The position numbers were made by a program, and so were the translations under genes. The notes beneath the pieces are model-generated. The model worked only from the letters and a program-made list of their open reading frames with translations, was not told the DNA's origin and did not search any database. Shown piece after piece: positions 38,401 through 54,147 of a DNA stretch of 64,000 nucleotides. Source of the DNA: Eledone cirrhosa (taxonomy: Eukaryota); contig OZ024744.1 of NCBI GenBank assembly GCA_964016885.1, positions 104,098,001-104,162,000 of the forward strand. Reading direction: 5' to 3'. Numbering within the stretch: position 1 is the first letter of the stretch; every line of letters starts with the position of its first letter.

Positions 38401-41400
38401 CCCCCTAGTTTTATATCAATACACCCTAGATTTATATCAATATACCCCAGATTTATATCAATATACCTTAGTTTTATATCAATATACTCTAGATTTATAA
38501 CAATATACCCTAGATATATATCAATATACCCCAGATTTATATCAATATACCCTAGATTTATATCAATATACCCTAGATATATATCAATATACCTTATATT
38601 TATATAAATATACCCTAGATTTATATTAATATACCCTAGATTTATATCAATACCCCCTAGTTTTATATCAATATACCCTAGATTTATATCAATATACCCT
38701 AGATTTATATCAATATACCCTAGATTTATATCAATATAACAATGATTTATATCAATATACCCTAGATTTATATCAATATAACAATGATTTATATCAATAT
38801 ACCCTAGATTTATATCAATATAACAATGATTTATATCAATACACCCTAGATTTATATCAATACACCCTAGATTTATATCAATATACCTTAGATTGATATC
38901 AATATACCCTAGATTTATATCAATATACCCTAGATTTATATCAATATACACTAGATTTATATCAATACACCCTAGATTTATATCAATATCCCCTAGATTT
39001 ATATCAATATACCCTAGATATATATCAATATACCCTAGATTTATATCAATATACCCTAGATTTATATCAATATACCTCAGATATATATCAATATACGCTA
39101 GATTTATATCAATATACCCTATATTTATATCAATATACCCTAGATATATATCAATATACCCTAGATTTATATGAATATACCCTAGATATATATTAATATA
39201 CCTTATATTTATATCAATACCCCCTAGTTTTATATCAATACACCCTAGATTTATATCAATATACCCCAGATTTATATCAATATACCTTAGTTTTATATCA
39301 ATATACTCTAGATTTATAACAATATACCCTAGATATATATCAATATACCCCAGATTTATATCAATATACCCTAGATTTATATCAATACACTTAGATTTAT
39401 ATCAATACCTCCGAGATTTATAGCAATATACCCTAGATTTATATCAATATACCCTAGATATATATCAATATACCCTAGATTTACATCAATGTACCCTAGA
39501 TTTATATCAATATACCCTAGATTTCTATCAATATACCCTAGTTATATATCAATATCGCCTAGATTTATATCAATACACCCTAGATTTATATCAATATACC
39601 CTAGACTTATATCAATATACCCTAGATTTATATCAATATACCCTAGACTTATATCAATATACCCTAGATTTATATCAATATACCTTAAATTTATATCAAT
39701 ATACCCTAGATATATATCAATATACCCTAGATTTATATCAATATAGCCTAGATTTCTATTAATATACCCTAGATTTATATCAGTACAACCTAGATTTATA
39801 TCAATATACCCTAGATATATATCAATATACGCTAGATTTATATCAATATACCCTAGATTTATATCAATATACCCTAGATTTATATCAATATACCCTAGAT
39901 TTATATCAATATACCTCAGATTTATATCAATATACCCTAGATTTATATCAATATACACTAGATTTATATCAATATACCTTAGATTTATATCAATATACTT
40001 TAGTTTTATTTTAATATATCCTAGAGTTATATCAATAAACCCTAGATTTATATCAATATACCTTAGATATATATCAATATACCCTAGATTTATATCAATA
40101 TAGCGTAGTTGTATATCAATATACCCTAGATTTATATCAATATACCCTAGATATATATCAATATACCCTAGATTTATATCAATATAGCCTAGATTTCTAT
40201 TAATATACCCTAGATTTATATCAATACAACCTAGATTTATCTCAATATACCCTAGATTTATAGCAATATACCCTAGATTTATATCAATACAACCTAGATT
40301 TATATCAATATACCCTAGATATATATCAATATACGCTAGATTTATATCAATATACCCTAGATTTATATCGATATACCCTAGATATATATCAAAACACATT
40401 AGATTTATGTCAATATACCCTAGATTTATCTCAATATACCCTATATTTATATCAATATACCCTAGATTTATATCAATATACCCTAGAATCATATCTATAT
40501 ACCCTAGATATATCTCAATATACCCTAGATTTATATCAATATACCCTAGATATATATCAATATACCCTAGAATCATATCAATATACCTTAGATATATATC
40601 AATGTACCCTAGAGTTATATCAATATACCCTAGATTTATATCAATATACCCGAGATTTATATCAATATACCCTAGATATATATTAATATACCCTAGATTT
40701 ATATCAATATACCCTAGATTTATATCAATATACCCTAGATTTATATTAATATACCCTAGATTTATATCAATATAGCCTAGATTTATATCAATATACCCTA
40801 GATTTATACTAATATACCCTAGATCTATATCAATATACCCTAGATTTATATCAATACACCCTAGTTTAATATCAATATACCCTAGATATATATTAATATA
40901 CCCTAGATTTATCTCAATATACCCTAGATTTATATCAATATACCCTAGATTTATCTCAATATACCCTATATTTATATCAATATACCCTAGATTTATATCA
41001 ATATACCCTAGAATCATATCTATATACCCTAGATTTATATCAATATACCCTAGATATATATCAATATACCCTAGATTTATATCAATATACCCTAGAATCA
41101 TATCTATATACCCTAGATTTATATCAATATACCCTAGATTTATATCAATATACCCTAGATTTATATCAATATACACTAGATTTATATCAATATACCCTAG
41201 ATTTATATCAATATACCCTAGATTTATATCAATATACACTAGATTTATATCAATATACCCTAGATATATATCAATATACCCTAGATTTATATCAATATAC
41301 CCTAGATATATATCAATATACCCTAGATTTATATCAATATACACTAGATTTATATCAATATACCCTAGATTTATATTAATATACCCTAGATATATATCAA

Positions 41401-44400
41401 TATACCCTAGATTTATATCAATATACCCTAGATTTATATCAATATACCCTAGATTTATATCAATACTCCCTAGAGTTATATCAATATACCCTAGATTTAT
41501 ATCAATATACCCTAGATTTATATTAATATACCCTAGATTTATATCAATATAACAATGATTTCTATTAATATACCCTAGATTTATATCAATATACCCTAGA
41601 TTTATATTAATATACCCTAGATTTATATCAATATAACAATGATTTATATCAATATACCCTAGATTTATATCAATATACCCTAGATATATATCAATATACC
41701 CTAGATTTATATCAATATAACAATGATTTCTATTAATATACCCTAGAGTTATATCAATATACCCTAGATTTATATCAATATACCCTAGATTTATATCAAT
41801 ATAACAATGATTTCTATTAATGTACCCTAGATTTATATCAATATACCCTAGACTTATATCAATATAACCTAGATTTATATCAATATACCAATGATTTATA
41901 TCAATATACCCTAGATTTATATCAATATACCCTACATTTATAGCAATATACCCTAGATTTATATCAATATACCCTAGATTTATATCAATATATCCTAGAT
42001 TTATATCAATATACCCTAGATTTATATCAATATACCCTAGATATATATCAATATACCCTAGATATATATCAATATACCCTAGATATATATCAATATACCC
42101 TAGATATATATCAATATACCTCAGATATATATCAATATACCCTAGATTTATATCAATATACCCTAGATTTATATCAATATACCTCAGATATATATCAATA
42201 TACCCTAGATTTATATCAATATACCCTATATTTATATCAATATACCCTAGATATATATCAATATACCCTAGATTTATATGAATATACCCTAGATATATAT
42301 TAATATACCTTATATTTATATCAATACCCCCTAGTTTTATATCAATACACCCTAGATTTATATCAATATACCCCAGATTTATATCAATATACCTTAGTTT
42401 TATATCAATATACTCTAGATTTACAATATACCCTAGATATATATCAATATACCCCAGATTTATATCAATATACCCTAGATTTATATCAATATACCCTAGA
42501 TATATATCAATATACCTTATATTTATATAAATATACCCTAGATTTATATTAATATACCCTAGATTTATATCAATACCCCCTAGTTTTATATCAATATACC
42601 CTAGATTTATATCAATATAACAATGATTTATATCAATATACCCTAGATTTATATCAATATGACAATGATTTATATCAATATACCCTAGATTTATATCAAT
42701 ATAACAATGATTTATATCAATACACCCTAGATTTATATCAATACACCCTAGATTTATATCAATATACCTTAGATTGATATCAATATACCCTAGATTTATA
42801 TCAATATACCCTAGATATATATCAATATACACTAGATTTATATCAATACACCCTAGATTTATATCAATATCCCCTAGATTTATATCAATATACCCTAGAT
42901 ATATATCAATATACCCTAGATTTATATCAATATACCCTAGATTTATATCAATATACCTCAGATATATATCAATATACGCTAGATTTATATCAATATACCC
43001 TATATTTATATCAATATACCCTAGATATATATCAATATACCCTAGATTTATATGAATATACCCTAGATATATATTAATATACCTTATATTTATATCAATA
43101 CCCCCTAGTTTTATATCAATACACCCTAGATTTATATCAATATACCCCAGATTTATATCAATATACCTTAGTTTTATATCAATATACTCTAGATTTATAA
43201 CAATATACCCTAGATATATATCAATATACCCCAGATTTATATCAATATACCCTAGATTTATATCAATACACTTAGATTTATATCAATACCTCCGAGATTT
43301 ATAGCAATATACCCTAGATTTATATCAATATACCCTAGATATATATCAATATACCCTAGATTTACATCAATGTACCCTAGATTTATATCAATATACCCTA
43401 GATTTCTATCAATATACCCTAGTTATATATCAATATCGCCTAGATTTATATCAATACACCCTAGATTTATATCAATATACCCTAGACTTATATCAATATA
43501 CCCTAGATTTATATCAATATACCCTAGACTTATATCAATATACCCTAGATTTATATCAATATACCTTAAATTTATATCAATATACCCTAGATATATATCA
43601 ATATACCCTAGATTTATATCAATATAGCCTAGATTTCTATTAATATACCCTAGATTTATATCAGTACAACCTAGATTTATATCAATATACCCTAGATATA
43701 TATCAATATACGCTAGATTTATATCAATATACCCTAGATTTATATCAATATACCCTAGATTTATATCAATATACCCTAGATTTATATCAATATACCTCAG
43801 ATTTATATCAATATACCCTAGATTTATATCAATATACACTTGATTTATATCAATATACCTTAGATTTATATCAATATACTTTAGTTTTATTTTAATATAT
43901 CCTAGAGTTATATCAATAAACCCTAGATTTATATCAATATACCTTAGATATATATCAATATACCCTAGATTTATATCAATATAGCGTAGTTGTATATCAA
44001 TATACCCTAGATTTATATCAATATACCCTAGATATATATCAATATACCCTAGATTTATATCAATATAGCCTAGATTTCTATTAATATACCCTAGATTTAT
44101 ATCAATACAACCTAGATTTATCTCAATATACCCTAGATTTATAGCAATATACCCTAGATTTATATCAATACAACCTAGATTTATATCAATATACCCTAGA
44201 TATATATCAATATACGCTAGATTTATATCAATATACCCTAGATTTATATCAATATACCCTAGATTTATATCAATATACCCTAGATTTATATCAATATACC
44301 TTAGATTTATATCAATATACCCTAGATTTATATCAATATACCCTAGATTTATATCAATATACCTTAGATTTATATAAATATACCCTAGATTTATATCAAT

Positions 44401-47400
44401 ATACACTAGATTTATATCAATACACCCTAGATTTATATCAATATACCTTAGATATATATCAATATACCCTAGATTTATATCAATATACCCAAGATTTATA
44501 TCAATATAACCTAGATATATAACAATATACCCTAGATTTATACTAATATACCCTAGATCTATATCAATATTCCCTAGATTTATATCAATATACCCTTGAT
44601 TGATATCAGTATACCCTATATTTATATCAATATACCTTAGATTTATATCAATATACCCTAGAATCATATCAATATACCTTAGATTTATATCAATATACCC
44701 TAGATTTATATCAATATACCCTAGATTTATATCAATATACCCTAGATTTATATCAATATACCTTAGTTTTATATCAATATAGCCTAGTTTTATATCAATA
44801 TACCCTAGATTTATATCAATATACCCTAAATTTATATCAATACACCCTAGTTTTGTATTAATATACCCTAGATTTCTATCAATATACCCTAGATTTATAT
44901 CAATATACCTTAGATATAAATCAATATACCCTAGATTTATATCAATATACCCTAGATTTATAACAATATACCCTAGATTTATATCAATATACCCTAGAAT
45001 TATATTAAAACACCCTAGATTTATATCAATATACCCTAGATTTATATCAATATACACTAGATTTATATCAATATACCTTAGATTTATATCAATATACTTT
45101 AGTTTTATTTTAATATATCCTAGAGTTATATCAATAAACCCTAGATTTATATCAATATACCTTAGATATATATCAATATACCCTAGATTTATATCAATAT
45201 AACGTAGTTGTATATCAATATACCCTAGATTTATATCAATATACCCTAGATATATATCAATATACCCTAGATTTATATCAATATAGCCTAGATTTCTATT
45301 AATATACCCTAGATTTATATCAATACAACCTAGATTTATCTCAATATACCCTAGATTTATAGCAATATACCCTAGATTTATATCAATACAACCTAGATTT
45401 ATATCAATATACCCTAGATATATATCAATATACGCTAGATTTATATCAATATACCCTAGATTTATATCAATATACCCTAGATTTATATCAATATACCCTA
45501 GATTTATATCAATATACCTTAGATTTATATCAATATACCCTAGATTTATATCAATATACCCTAGATTTATATCAATATACCTTAGATTTATATAAATATA
45601 CCCTAGATTTATATCAATATACACTAGATTTATATCAATACACCCTAGATTTATATCAATATACCTTAGATATATATCAATATACCCTAGATTTATATCA
45701 ATATACCCAAGATTTATATCAATATAACCTAGATATATAACAATATACCCTAGATTTATACTAATATACCCTAGATCTATATCAATATTCCCTAGATTTA
45801 TATCAATATACCCTTGATTGATATCAGTATACCCTATATTTATATCAATATACCTTAGATTTATATCAATATACCCTAGAATCATATCAATATACCTTAG
45901 ATTTATATCAATATACCCTAGATTTATATCAATATACCCTAGATTTATATCAATATACCCTAGATTTATATCAATATACCTTAGTTTTATATCAATATAG
46001 CCTAGTTTTATATCAATATACCCTAGATTTATATCAATATACCCTAAATTTATATCAATACACCCTAGTTTTGTATCAATATACCCTAGATTTCTATCAA
46101 TATACCCTAGATTTATATCAATATACCTTAGATATAAATCAATATACCCTAGATTTATATCAATATACCCTAGATTTATAACAATATACCCTAGATTTAT
46201 ATCAATATACCCTAGAATTATATTAAAACACCCTAGATTTATATCAATATACCCTAGATTTATATCAATATACCTTAGATTTATATCAAAACACCCTAGA
46301 TTTATAACAATATACCTTAGATTTATATCAATATACCCTAAATTTATATCAATACACCCTAGATTTATATCAATATACCCTAGATTTATATCAATATACC
46401 CTAAATTTATATCAATACACCCTAGTTTTGTATCAATATACCCTAGATTTATATCAATATACCCTAGATTTATATCAATATACCCTAGATTTATATCAAC
46501 ATACCTTAGCTTATATGAATATACCCTAGATTTATACCAATATACCATAGATTCATATCAATATACCCTAGATTTATATCAATATACCTTAGCTTATATC
46601 AATATACCCTAGATTTATACCAATATACCATAGATTCATATCAATACACCCTAGATTTATATCAATATACCCTAGATTCATATCAATATACCTTAGATAT
46701 AAATCAATATACCCTAGATTTATATCAATATTCCCTAGATTTATATCAATATACCCTAGATTTATATCAATATACCCTAGATTTATTACAATATACCTTA
46801 GATTTATATCAATATACCCTAGATTTATATCAATATTCCCTAGATATATATAAGTATACCCTAGTTGTAAATCAATATACCCTATATTTATATCAATATA
46901 CCTTAGATATATATCAATATACCTTAAGATTTTATCAATATACCCTAGTTTTATATCAATATACCCTAGATTTATATCAATATACCAATGATTTATATCA
47001 ATATACCCTAGATTTATATCAATATACCCTAGATTTATATCAATATAGCCTAGATTTATATCAATACACCCTAGATTTATATCAATACACCCTAGATTTA
47101 TATCAATACCCCCTAGTTTTATATCAATATACCCTAGATTTATATCAATACAACCTAGATTTATATCAATATACACTAGATTTATATCAATATACCCTAG
47201 ATTTATATCAATATACCCTAGATTTATATCAATATACCCTAGATTTATATCAATATACCCTAGATTTATATCAATATACCCTAGATTTATGTCAATATAC
47301 CCTAGATTTATACCAATATACCTTAGATTTATATCTATATACCTTAGATTGATATCAATATACCCTAGATTTATATCTATATCCCCTAGATTTATATCAA

Positions 47401-50400
47401 TATACCCTAGATTTATATCAATATACCCTAGATTTATATCAATATACCCTACATTTATATCAATATACCCTAGATTTATATCAATATACCCTAGATTTAT
47501 GTCAATATACCCTAGAATTATATCAATATACCCTAGATTTATACCAATATACCTTAGATTTATATCTATATACCCTAGATTTATATCTATATCCCCTAGA
47601 TTTATATCAATATACCCTAGATTTATATCAATATACCCTAGATTTATATCAATATACCCTAGATTTATATCAATATACCCTAGATTTATATCAATATAAC
47701 CTAGATATATATCAATATACCCTAGATTTATATCAATATACCCTAGATTTATATCAATATACCCTAGATTTATATCAATATATCCTAGATATATATCAAT
47801 ATACCCTAGATATATATCAATATACCCTAGATTTATATCAATATACCCTAGATATATATCAATATACCCTAGATTTATATCAATATACCCTAGATATATA
47901 TCAATATACCCTAGATTTATATCAATATACCCTAGATTTATATCAATATACCCTAGATTTATATCAATATATCCTAGATATATATCAATATACCCTAGAT
48001 ATATATCAATATACCCTAGATATATATCAATATACCCTAGATTTATATCAATATACCCTAGATTTATGTCAATATACCCTAGATTTATACCAATATACCT
48101 TAGATTTATATCTATATACCTTAGATTGATATCAATATACCCTAGATTTATATCTATATCCCCTAGATTTATATCAATATACCCTAGATTTATATCAATA
48201 TACCCTACATTTATATCAATATACCCTAGATTTATATCAATATACCCTAGATTTATATCAATATACCCTAGATTTATACCAATATACCTTAGATTTATAT
48301 CTATATACCCTAGATTTATATCTATATCCCCTAGATTTATATCAATATACCCTAGATTTATATCAATATACCCTAGATATATATCAATATACCCTAGATT
48401 TATATCAATATACCCTAGATTTATATCAATATACCCTAGATATATATCAATATACCCTAGATTTATATCAATATACCCTAGATATATATCAATATACCCT
48501 AGATTTATATCAATATACCCTAGATTTATATCAATATACCCTAGATTTATTACAATATACCTTAGATTTATATCAATATACCCTAGATTTATATCAATAT
48601 TCCCTAGATATATATAGGTATACCCTAGTTGTAAATCAATATACCCTATATTTATATCAATATACCTTAGATATATATCAATATACCTTAGATATATATC
48701 AATATACCTTAAGATTTTATCAATATACCCTAGTTTTATATCAATATACCCTAGATTTATATCAATATACCAATGATTTATATCAATATACCCTAGATTT
48801 ATATCAATATACCCTAGATTTATATCAATATAGCCTAGATTTATATCAATACACCCTAGATTTATATCAATACACCCTAGATTTATATCAATACCCCCTA
48901 GTTTTATATCAATATACCCTAGATTTATATCAATACAACCTAGATTTATATCAATATACACTAGATTTATATCAATATACCCTAGATTTATATCAATATA
49001 CCCTAGATTTATATCAATATACCCTAGATTTATATCAATATACCCTAGATTTATATCAATATACCCTAGATTTATGTCAATATACCCTAGATTTATACCA
49101 ATATACCTTAGATTTATATCTATATACCTTAGATTGATATCAATATACCCTAGATTTATATCTATATCCCCTAGATTTATATCAATATACCCTAGATTTA
49201 TATCAATATACCCTAGATTTATATCAATATACCCTACATTTATATCAATATACCCTAGATTTATATCAATATACCCTAGATTTATGTCAATATACCCTAG
49301 ATTTATATCAATATACCCTAGATTTATACCAATATACCTTAGATTTATATCTATATACCCTAGATTTATATCTATATCCCCTAGATTTATATCAATATAC
49401 CCTAGATTTATATCAATATACCCTAGATTTATATCAATATACCCTAGATATATATCAATATACCCTAGATTTATATCAATATATCCTAGATATATATCAA
49501 TATACCCTAGATATATATCAATATACCCTAGATTTATATCAATATACCCTAGATATATATCAATATACCCTAGATTTATATCAATATACCCTAGATTTAT
49601 ATCAATATATCCTAGATATATATCAATATACCCTAGATATATATCAATATACCCTAGATTTATATCAATATACCCTAGATATATATCAATATACCCTAGA
49701 TTTATATCAATATACCCTAGATATATATCAATATACCCTAGATTTATATCAATATACCCTACATTTATATCAATATACCCTAGATTTATATCAATATACC
49801 CTAGATTTATGTCAATATACCCTAGATTTATATCAATATACCCTAGATTTATACCAATATACCTTAGATTTATATCTATATACCCTAGATTTATATCTAT
49901 ATCCCCTAGATTTATATCAATATACCCTAGATTTATATCAATATACCCTAGATTTATATCAATATACCCTACATATATATCAATATACCCTAGATTTATA
50001 TCAATATATCCTAGATATATATCAATATACCCTAGATATATATCAATATACCCTAGATTTATATCAATATACCCTAGATATATATCAATATACCCTAGAT
50101 TTATATCAATATACCCTAGATTTATATCAATATATCCTAGATATATATCAATATACCCTAGATATATATCAATATACCCTAGATTTATATCAATATACCC
50201 TAGATATATATCAATATACCCTAGATTTATATCAATATACCCTAGATTTATATCAATATATCCTAGATATATATCAATATACCCTAGATATATATCAATA
50301 TACCCTAGATTTATATCAATATACCCTAGATATATATCAATATACCCTAGATTTATATCAATATACCCTAGATATATATCAATATAACCTAGATTTATAT

Positions 50401-50457
50401 CAATATACCCTAGATTTATATCAATATACCCTAGTTGTATATCAATATTCTTTAGTT
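29402..50457. repeat. 21-bp satellite, ~1000 copies (CCCTAGATTTATATCAATATA), with multi-kb higher-order repeats
   Basis: Continuous 21-nt periodicity. Identical variant blocks recur at offsets of 3947, 2960, 3881, 1218 and 1785 bp, as seen from identical ORF-track peptides. Confidence 0.98.
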
Positions 50458-50527
50458 TTAAAATTCTTTTATTTCACTTACGATTTTTTATAATTTTAAC
50501 TTTTTGTTATACATTTTACCTTTGCAG

Positions 50528-50685
50528 GTGTGGAATGCTACAGACTATAGTTGTATTAATACTGTGAGACCGAAATCTCACCTGATCCACGGAGATCTGA
50601 GCACCGTATATTACTCGAATATTTCGAAGACGTTTGCCTTTACAACAAATGTTCTGGCCACTCTCAGCATGAAGATTAAGTCAAA
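50528..50685 (+). CDS. WD40-repeat protein, exon G
   Basis: TTTGCAG acceptor. VWNATDYSC... completes DKCIK|VWN across a 37-kb intron. Donor is AA|GTATAT; an in-phase alternative after 50679 is possible. Confidence 0.85.
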
Positions 50686-50736
50686 GTATATTTCTTGGTT
50701 CCTAAATCACATTGCAAAGTATTTTATGTAACTTAT

Positions 50737-51341
50737 ACACACACACACACACTCAGATAGACAGGCACATCATAGATACACATGCACATCATACACACAC
50801 ACGCGCACACACACACACATACACACACACATATATGCACACACACACACATCACACACACACAGAGATACACACACACACACACACACACATAGATACA
50901 CACAGACATCACACACACCCATCACACATCCAACACACACACACACCCACACCCAACACACACACACCCACACCCAACACACACCCGGCACACACCCACA
51001 CATACACCCAACACCCACACCCACACCCAACACACACACGCAACACACACCAACATACACTCCCGACGCACACACACATACACACACGCACACACCCAAC
51101 ACACACGCAACACACACACTCCCAACATCCACACCCAACGCACACACACACCCAACACACACCCACACACGCAACACATACATACACACACACCAACACA
51201 TACACACACACAACAAAACAGTCACACCCGCCCAACACACACTCCCAATAAACGCACCCAACACACACCCACACACCTAACACACACTCACACACCCAAC
51301 ACATACACACCCAACACATACACACACACCCAACACACACT
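50737..51341. repeat. Degenerate (CA)n low-complexity repeat
   Basis: CA/CCCA-rich run. Confidence 0.9.
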
Positions 51342-51532
51342 CAGCCATTGCCTTTCCCTTGGACAATATCAGTGGCATGGAGAGGGGAGACTGGTATACA
51401 GGGGAGACTACTGGTCTTCCACAAACAACCTTGCATCGACTTGTGTCTTGGAGCGGAAACTTTCTAGGTTCCCATCGTGACTGAAGGAGGTCATGACATA
51501 GTCTGTAGTGTAATGTGTGTGTGTAGTGATTA

Positions 51533-53237
51533 TACTTTCAGAAACATTCTTTCCTGCTCAGAGTTCCTGAATCATGGAACAAACTACCTGCATCAGTTGT
51601 TAGCTGTCGAGACACTGCATCCTTTAAAACCTCCATGGAACAAACTACCTGCATCAGTTGTTAGCTGTCGAGACACTGCATCCTTTAAAACCTCCATGGA
51701 ACAAACTACGTGCATCAGTTGTTAGCTGTCGAGACACTGCATCCTTTAAAACCTCCATGGAACAAACTACCTGCATCAGTTGTTAGCTGTCGAGACACTG
51801 CATCCTTTAAAGTCTCCATGAAACAAACTACCTGCATCAGTTGTTAGCTGTCGAGACACTGCATCCTTTAAGGCCTCCATGGAACAAACTACCTGCATCA
51901 GTTGTTAGCTGTCGAGACATTGCATCCTTTAAAACCTCCATGGAACAAACTACCTGCATCAGTTGTTAGCTGTCGAGACACTGCATCCTTTAAAACCTCC
52001 ATGGAACAAACTACCTGCATCAGTTGTTAGCTGTCGAGACACTGCATCCTTTAAAACCTCCATGGAACAAACTACCTGCATCAGTTGTTAGCTGTCGAGA
52101 CACTGCATCCTTTAAAACCTCCATGGAACAAACTACCTGCATCAGTTGTTAGCTGTCGAGACACTGCATCCTTTAAAACCTCCATGGAACAAACTACGTG
52201 CATCAGTTGTTAGCTGTCGAGACACTGCATCCTTTAAAACCTCCATGGAACAAACTACCTGCATCAGTTGTTAGCTGTCGAGACACTGCATCCTTTAAAA
52301 CCTCCATGAAACAAACTACCTGCATCAGTTGTTAGCTGTCGAGACACTGCATCCTTTAAAACCTCCATGGAACAAACTACCTGCATCAGTTGTTAGCTGT
52401 CGAGACACTGCATCCTTTAAAACCTCCATGGAACAAACTACGTGCATCAGTTGTTAGCTGTCGAGACACTGCATCCTTTAAAACCTCCATGGAACAAACT
52501 ACCTGCATCAGTTGTTAGCTGTCGAGACACTGCATCCTTTAAAGTCTCCATGAAACAAACTACCTGCATCAGTTGTTAGCTGTCGAGACACTGCATCCTT
52601 TAAGGCCTCCATGGAACAAACTACCTGCATCAGTTGTTAGCTGTCGAGACATTGCATCCTTTAAAACCTCCATGGAACAAACTACGTGCATCAGTTGTTA
52701 GCTGTCGAGACACTGCATCCTTTAAAACCTCCATGGAACAAACTACCTGCATCAGTTGTTAGCTGTCGAGACACTGCATCCTTTAAAACCTCCATGGAAC
52801 AAACTACGTGCATCAGTTGTTAGCTGTCGAGACACTGCATCCTTTAAAACCTCCATGGAACAAACTACCTGCATCAGTTGTTAGCTGTCGAGACACTGCA
52901 TCCTTTAAAGTCTCCATGAAACAAACTACCTGCATCAGTTGTTAGCTGTCGAGACACTGCATCCTTTAAAACCTCCATGGAACAAACTACCTGCATCAGT
53001 TGTTAGCTGTCGAGACACTGCTTCCTGTAAAGCCTCCATGCTTCCTGAGATTTACCAACACTACACTTGATAACCCCTCTCCTCCCCTCCATACATAAAC
53101 ATGAACACATGTATATCATGACTCATACACTGTTCACTTTCCTTGCATTTGTACATTATTCTATGTACGATACATGCACATTTGATGAATTGTAGTGCAC
53201 CTGAGCACTACTCAATAATTTCATTATTATTATTATA
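51533..53237 (+). mobile_element. CR1-type LINE 3' fragment containing a 61-bp tandem expansion
   Basis: Flanks CTTTCAGAAACATTCTTTCCTGCTCAGAGTT and CATGCTTCCTGAGATTTACCAACACTACACTTGA...GTAGTGCAC...(ATT)n align with the reverse complement of 26375-26655. Confidence 0.85.
51574..53040 (+). repeat. 61-bp minisatellite, ~24 copies
   Basis: ATGGAACAAACTACCTGCATCAGTTGTTAGCTGTCGAGACACTGCATCCTTTAAAACCTCC at 51574, 51635 and onward. Confidence 0.97.
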
Positions 53238-53240
53238 TAT

Positions 53241-53438
53241 GCGGTGGATCGGCAGTATCGGTAAAGGGTCGGACGCTATGCTATGCTTTTCAGCAAAAAG
53301 TTACGGCCCTTTATGGTCTGAGTTCAAATCCCGCCGAGGTGAACTTTGCCTTTCATCCTTACGGGGTCGATAAAATAAAGTACCATTAATGCACTGGGAT
53401 AATAGCTGGCCTTGTGCTAAAAGTAGAAACAAGTATTA
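53241..53438 (+). mobile_element. tRNA-derived SINE
   Basis: CGGCAGTATCGG, GAGTTCAAATCCCGCCGAGG, GTCGATAAAATAAAGTACC, GGCCTTGTGC...GTAGAAAC. Confidence 0.85.
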
Positions 53439-53477
53439 TGTATGTGTGTGTGAAATGTTCTATTATCTCTCTTTCAG

Positions 53478-53586
53478 GCCGAGTTACCAGTCTGTTTTCG
53501 ATATCCCTGTAACCCATTCAGATCCTGTCACCAGCGTCAAATACAACAAGATTTTCAAGCATATTGTTTCTTGCTCTGAAGGATCT
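53478..53586 (+). CDS. WD40-repeat protein, exon H
   Basis: CTCTCTTTCAG acceptor and TCT|GTAAGT donor. Encodes PSYQSVFDIPVTHSDPVTSVKYNKIFKHIVSCSEGS (TH..PV...YN..F...VSCS WD repeat). Confidence 0.85.
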
Positions 53587-53699
53587 GTAAGTAAATATTT
53601 CTCATAGCAAAACAGGTTGATACTGAATAGTATTACTAAGTTAAATATTAGCATGATTCACAACAGAGTTGTATATGGGGGTATATAATGATACATTTA

Positions 53700-53883
53700 T
53701 TAATAATTGTTTCTACATTAGGCACAAGGCCAGCAATTACCCAGTGCATTACTGGTACTTTATTTTATCGACCTCGTAAGGATGAAAGGCAAAGTTAACC
53801 TCGGCGGGATTTGAACTCAGACTGTAAAGGGACGTAACTATGCTAGAAAGCATGGCATCCAACCCTCTACCGATACTGCCAAT
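53700..53883 (-). mobile_element. tRNA-derived SINE, inverted relative to 53241-53438
   Basis: The reverse complement is nearly identical to 4317-4492. Confidence 0.85.
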
Positions 53884-54147
53884 ATAATGAACTTACATAA
53901 GTCTCACTGTGGCTATTTTAAGCTGTGATCAAGACACAGATACCTCAGTTACTGTGTTAAAACACTAAACAGTAATGTTTCAGGAATTTTATCAATCATC
54001 AATGATGTTTATGCACTCAGTAAAAAGGTAGATAAACTGATAGCATATATATATAGAATGTTGCAAATAAAACATTGGCTGGTGATGTTCACTTACATAT
54101 AGTATGAACCTGACTGGTTAGGATTAATTAGCAGTAGCACTATCCTA

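Noticed and set aside
29312-50387. 790-1118 aa ORFs of (GYIDINL)n and (ISIYPRF)n resembling a solenoid repeat protein
   Set aside because: A 21-bp unit is a multiple of 3 and stop-free in these frames on both strands. Variants are mostly non-synonymous, there is no unique N-terminus, and the region lies in an intron, so these are satellite artefacts.
50712-51340. His/Thr-rich and Cys/Val-rich ORFs
   Set aside because: Translations of degenerate (CA)n repeat.
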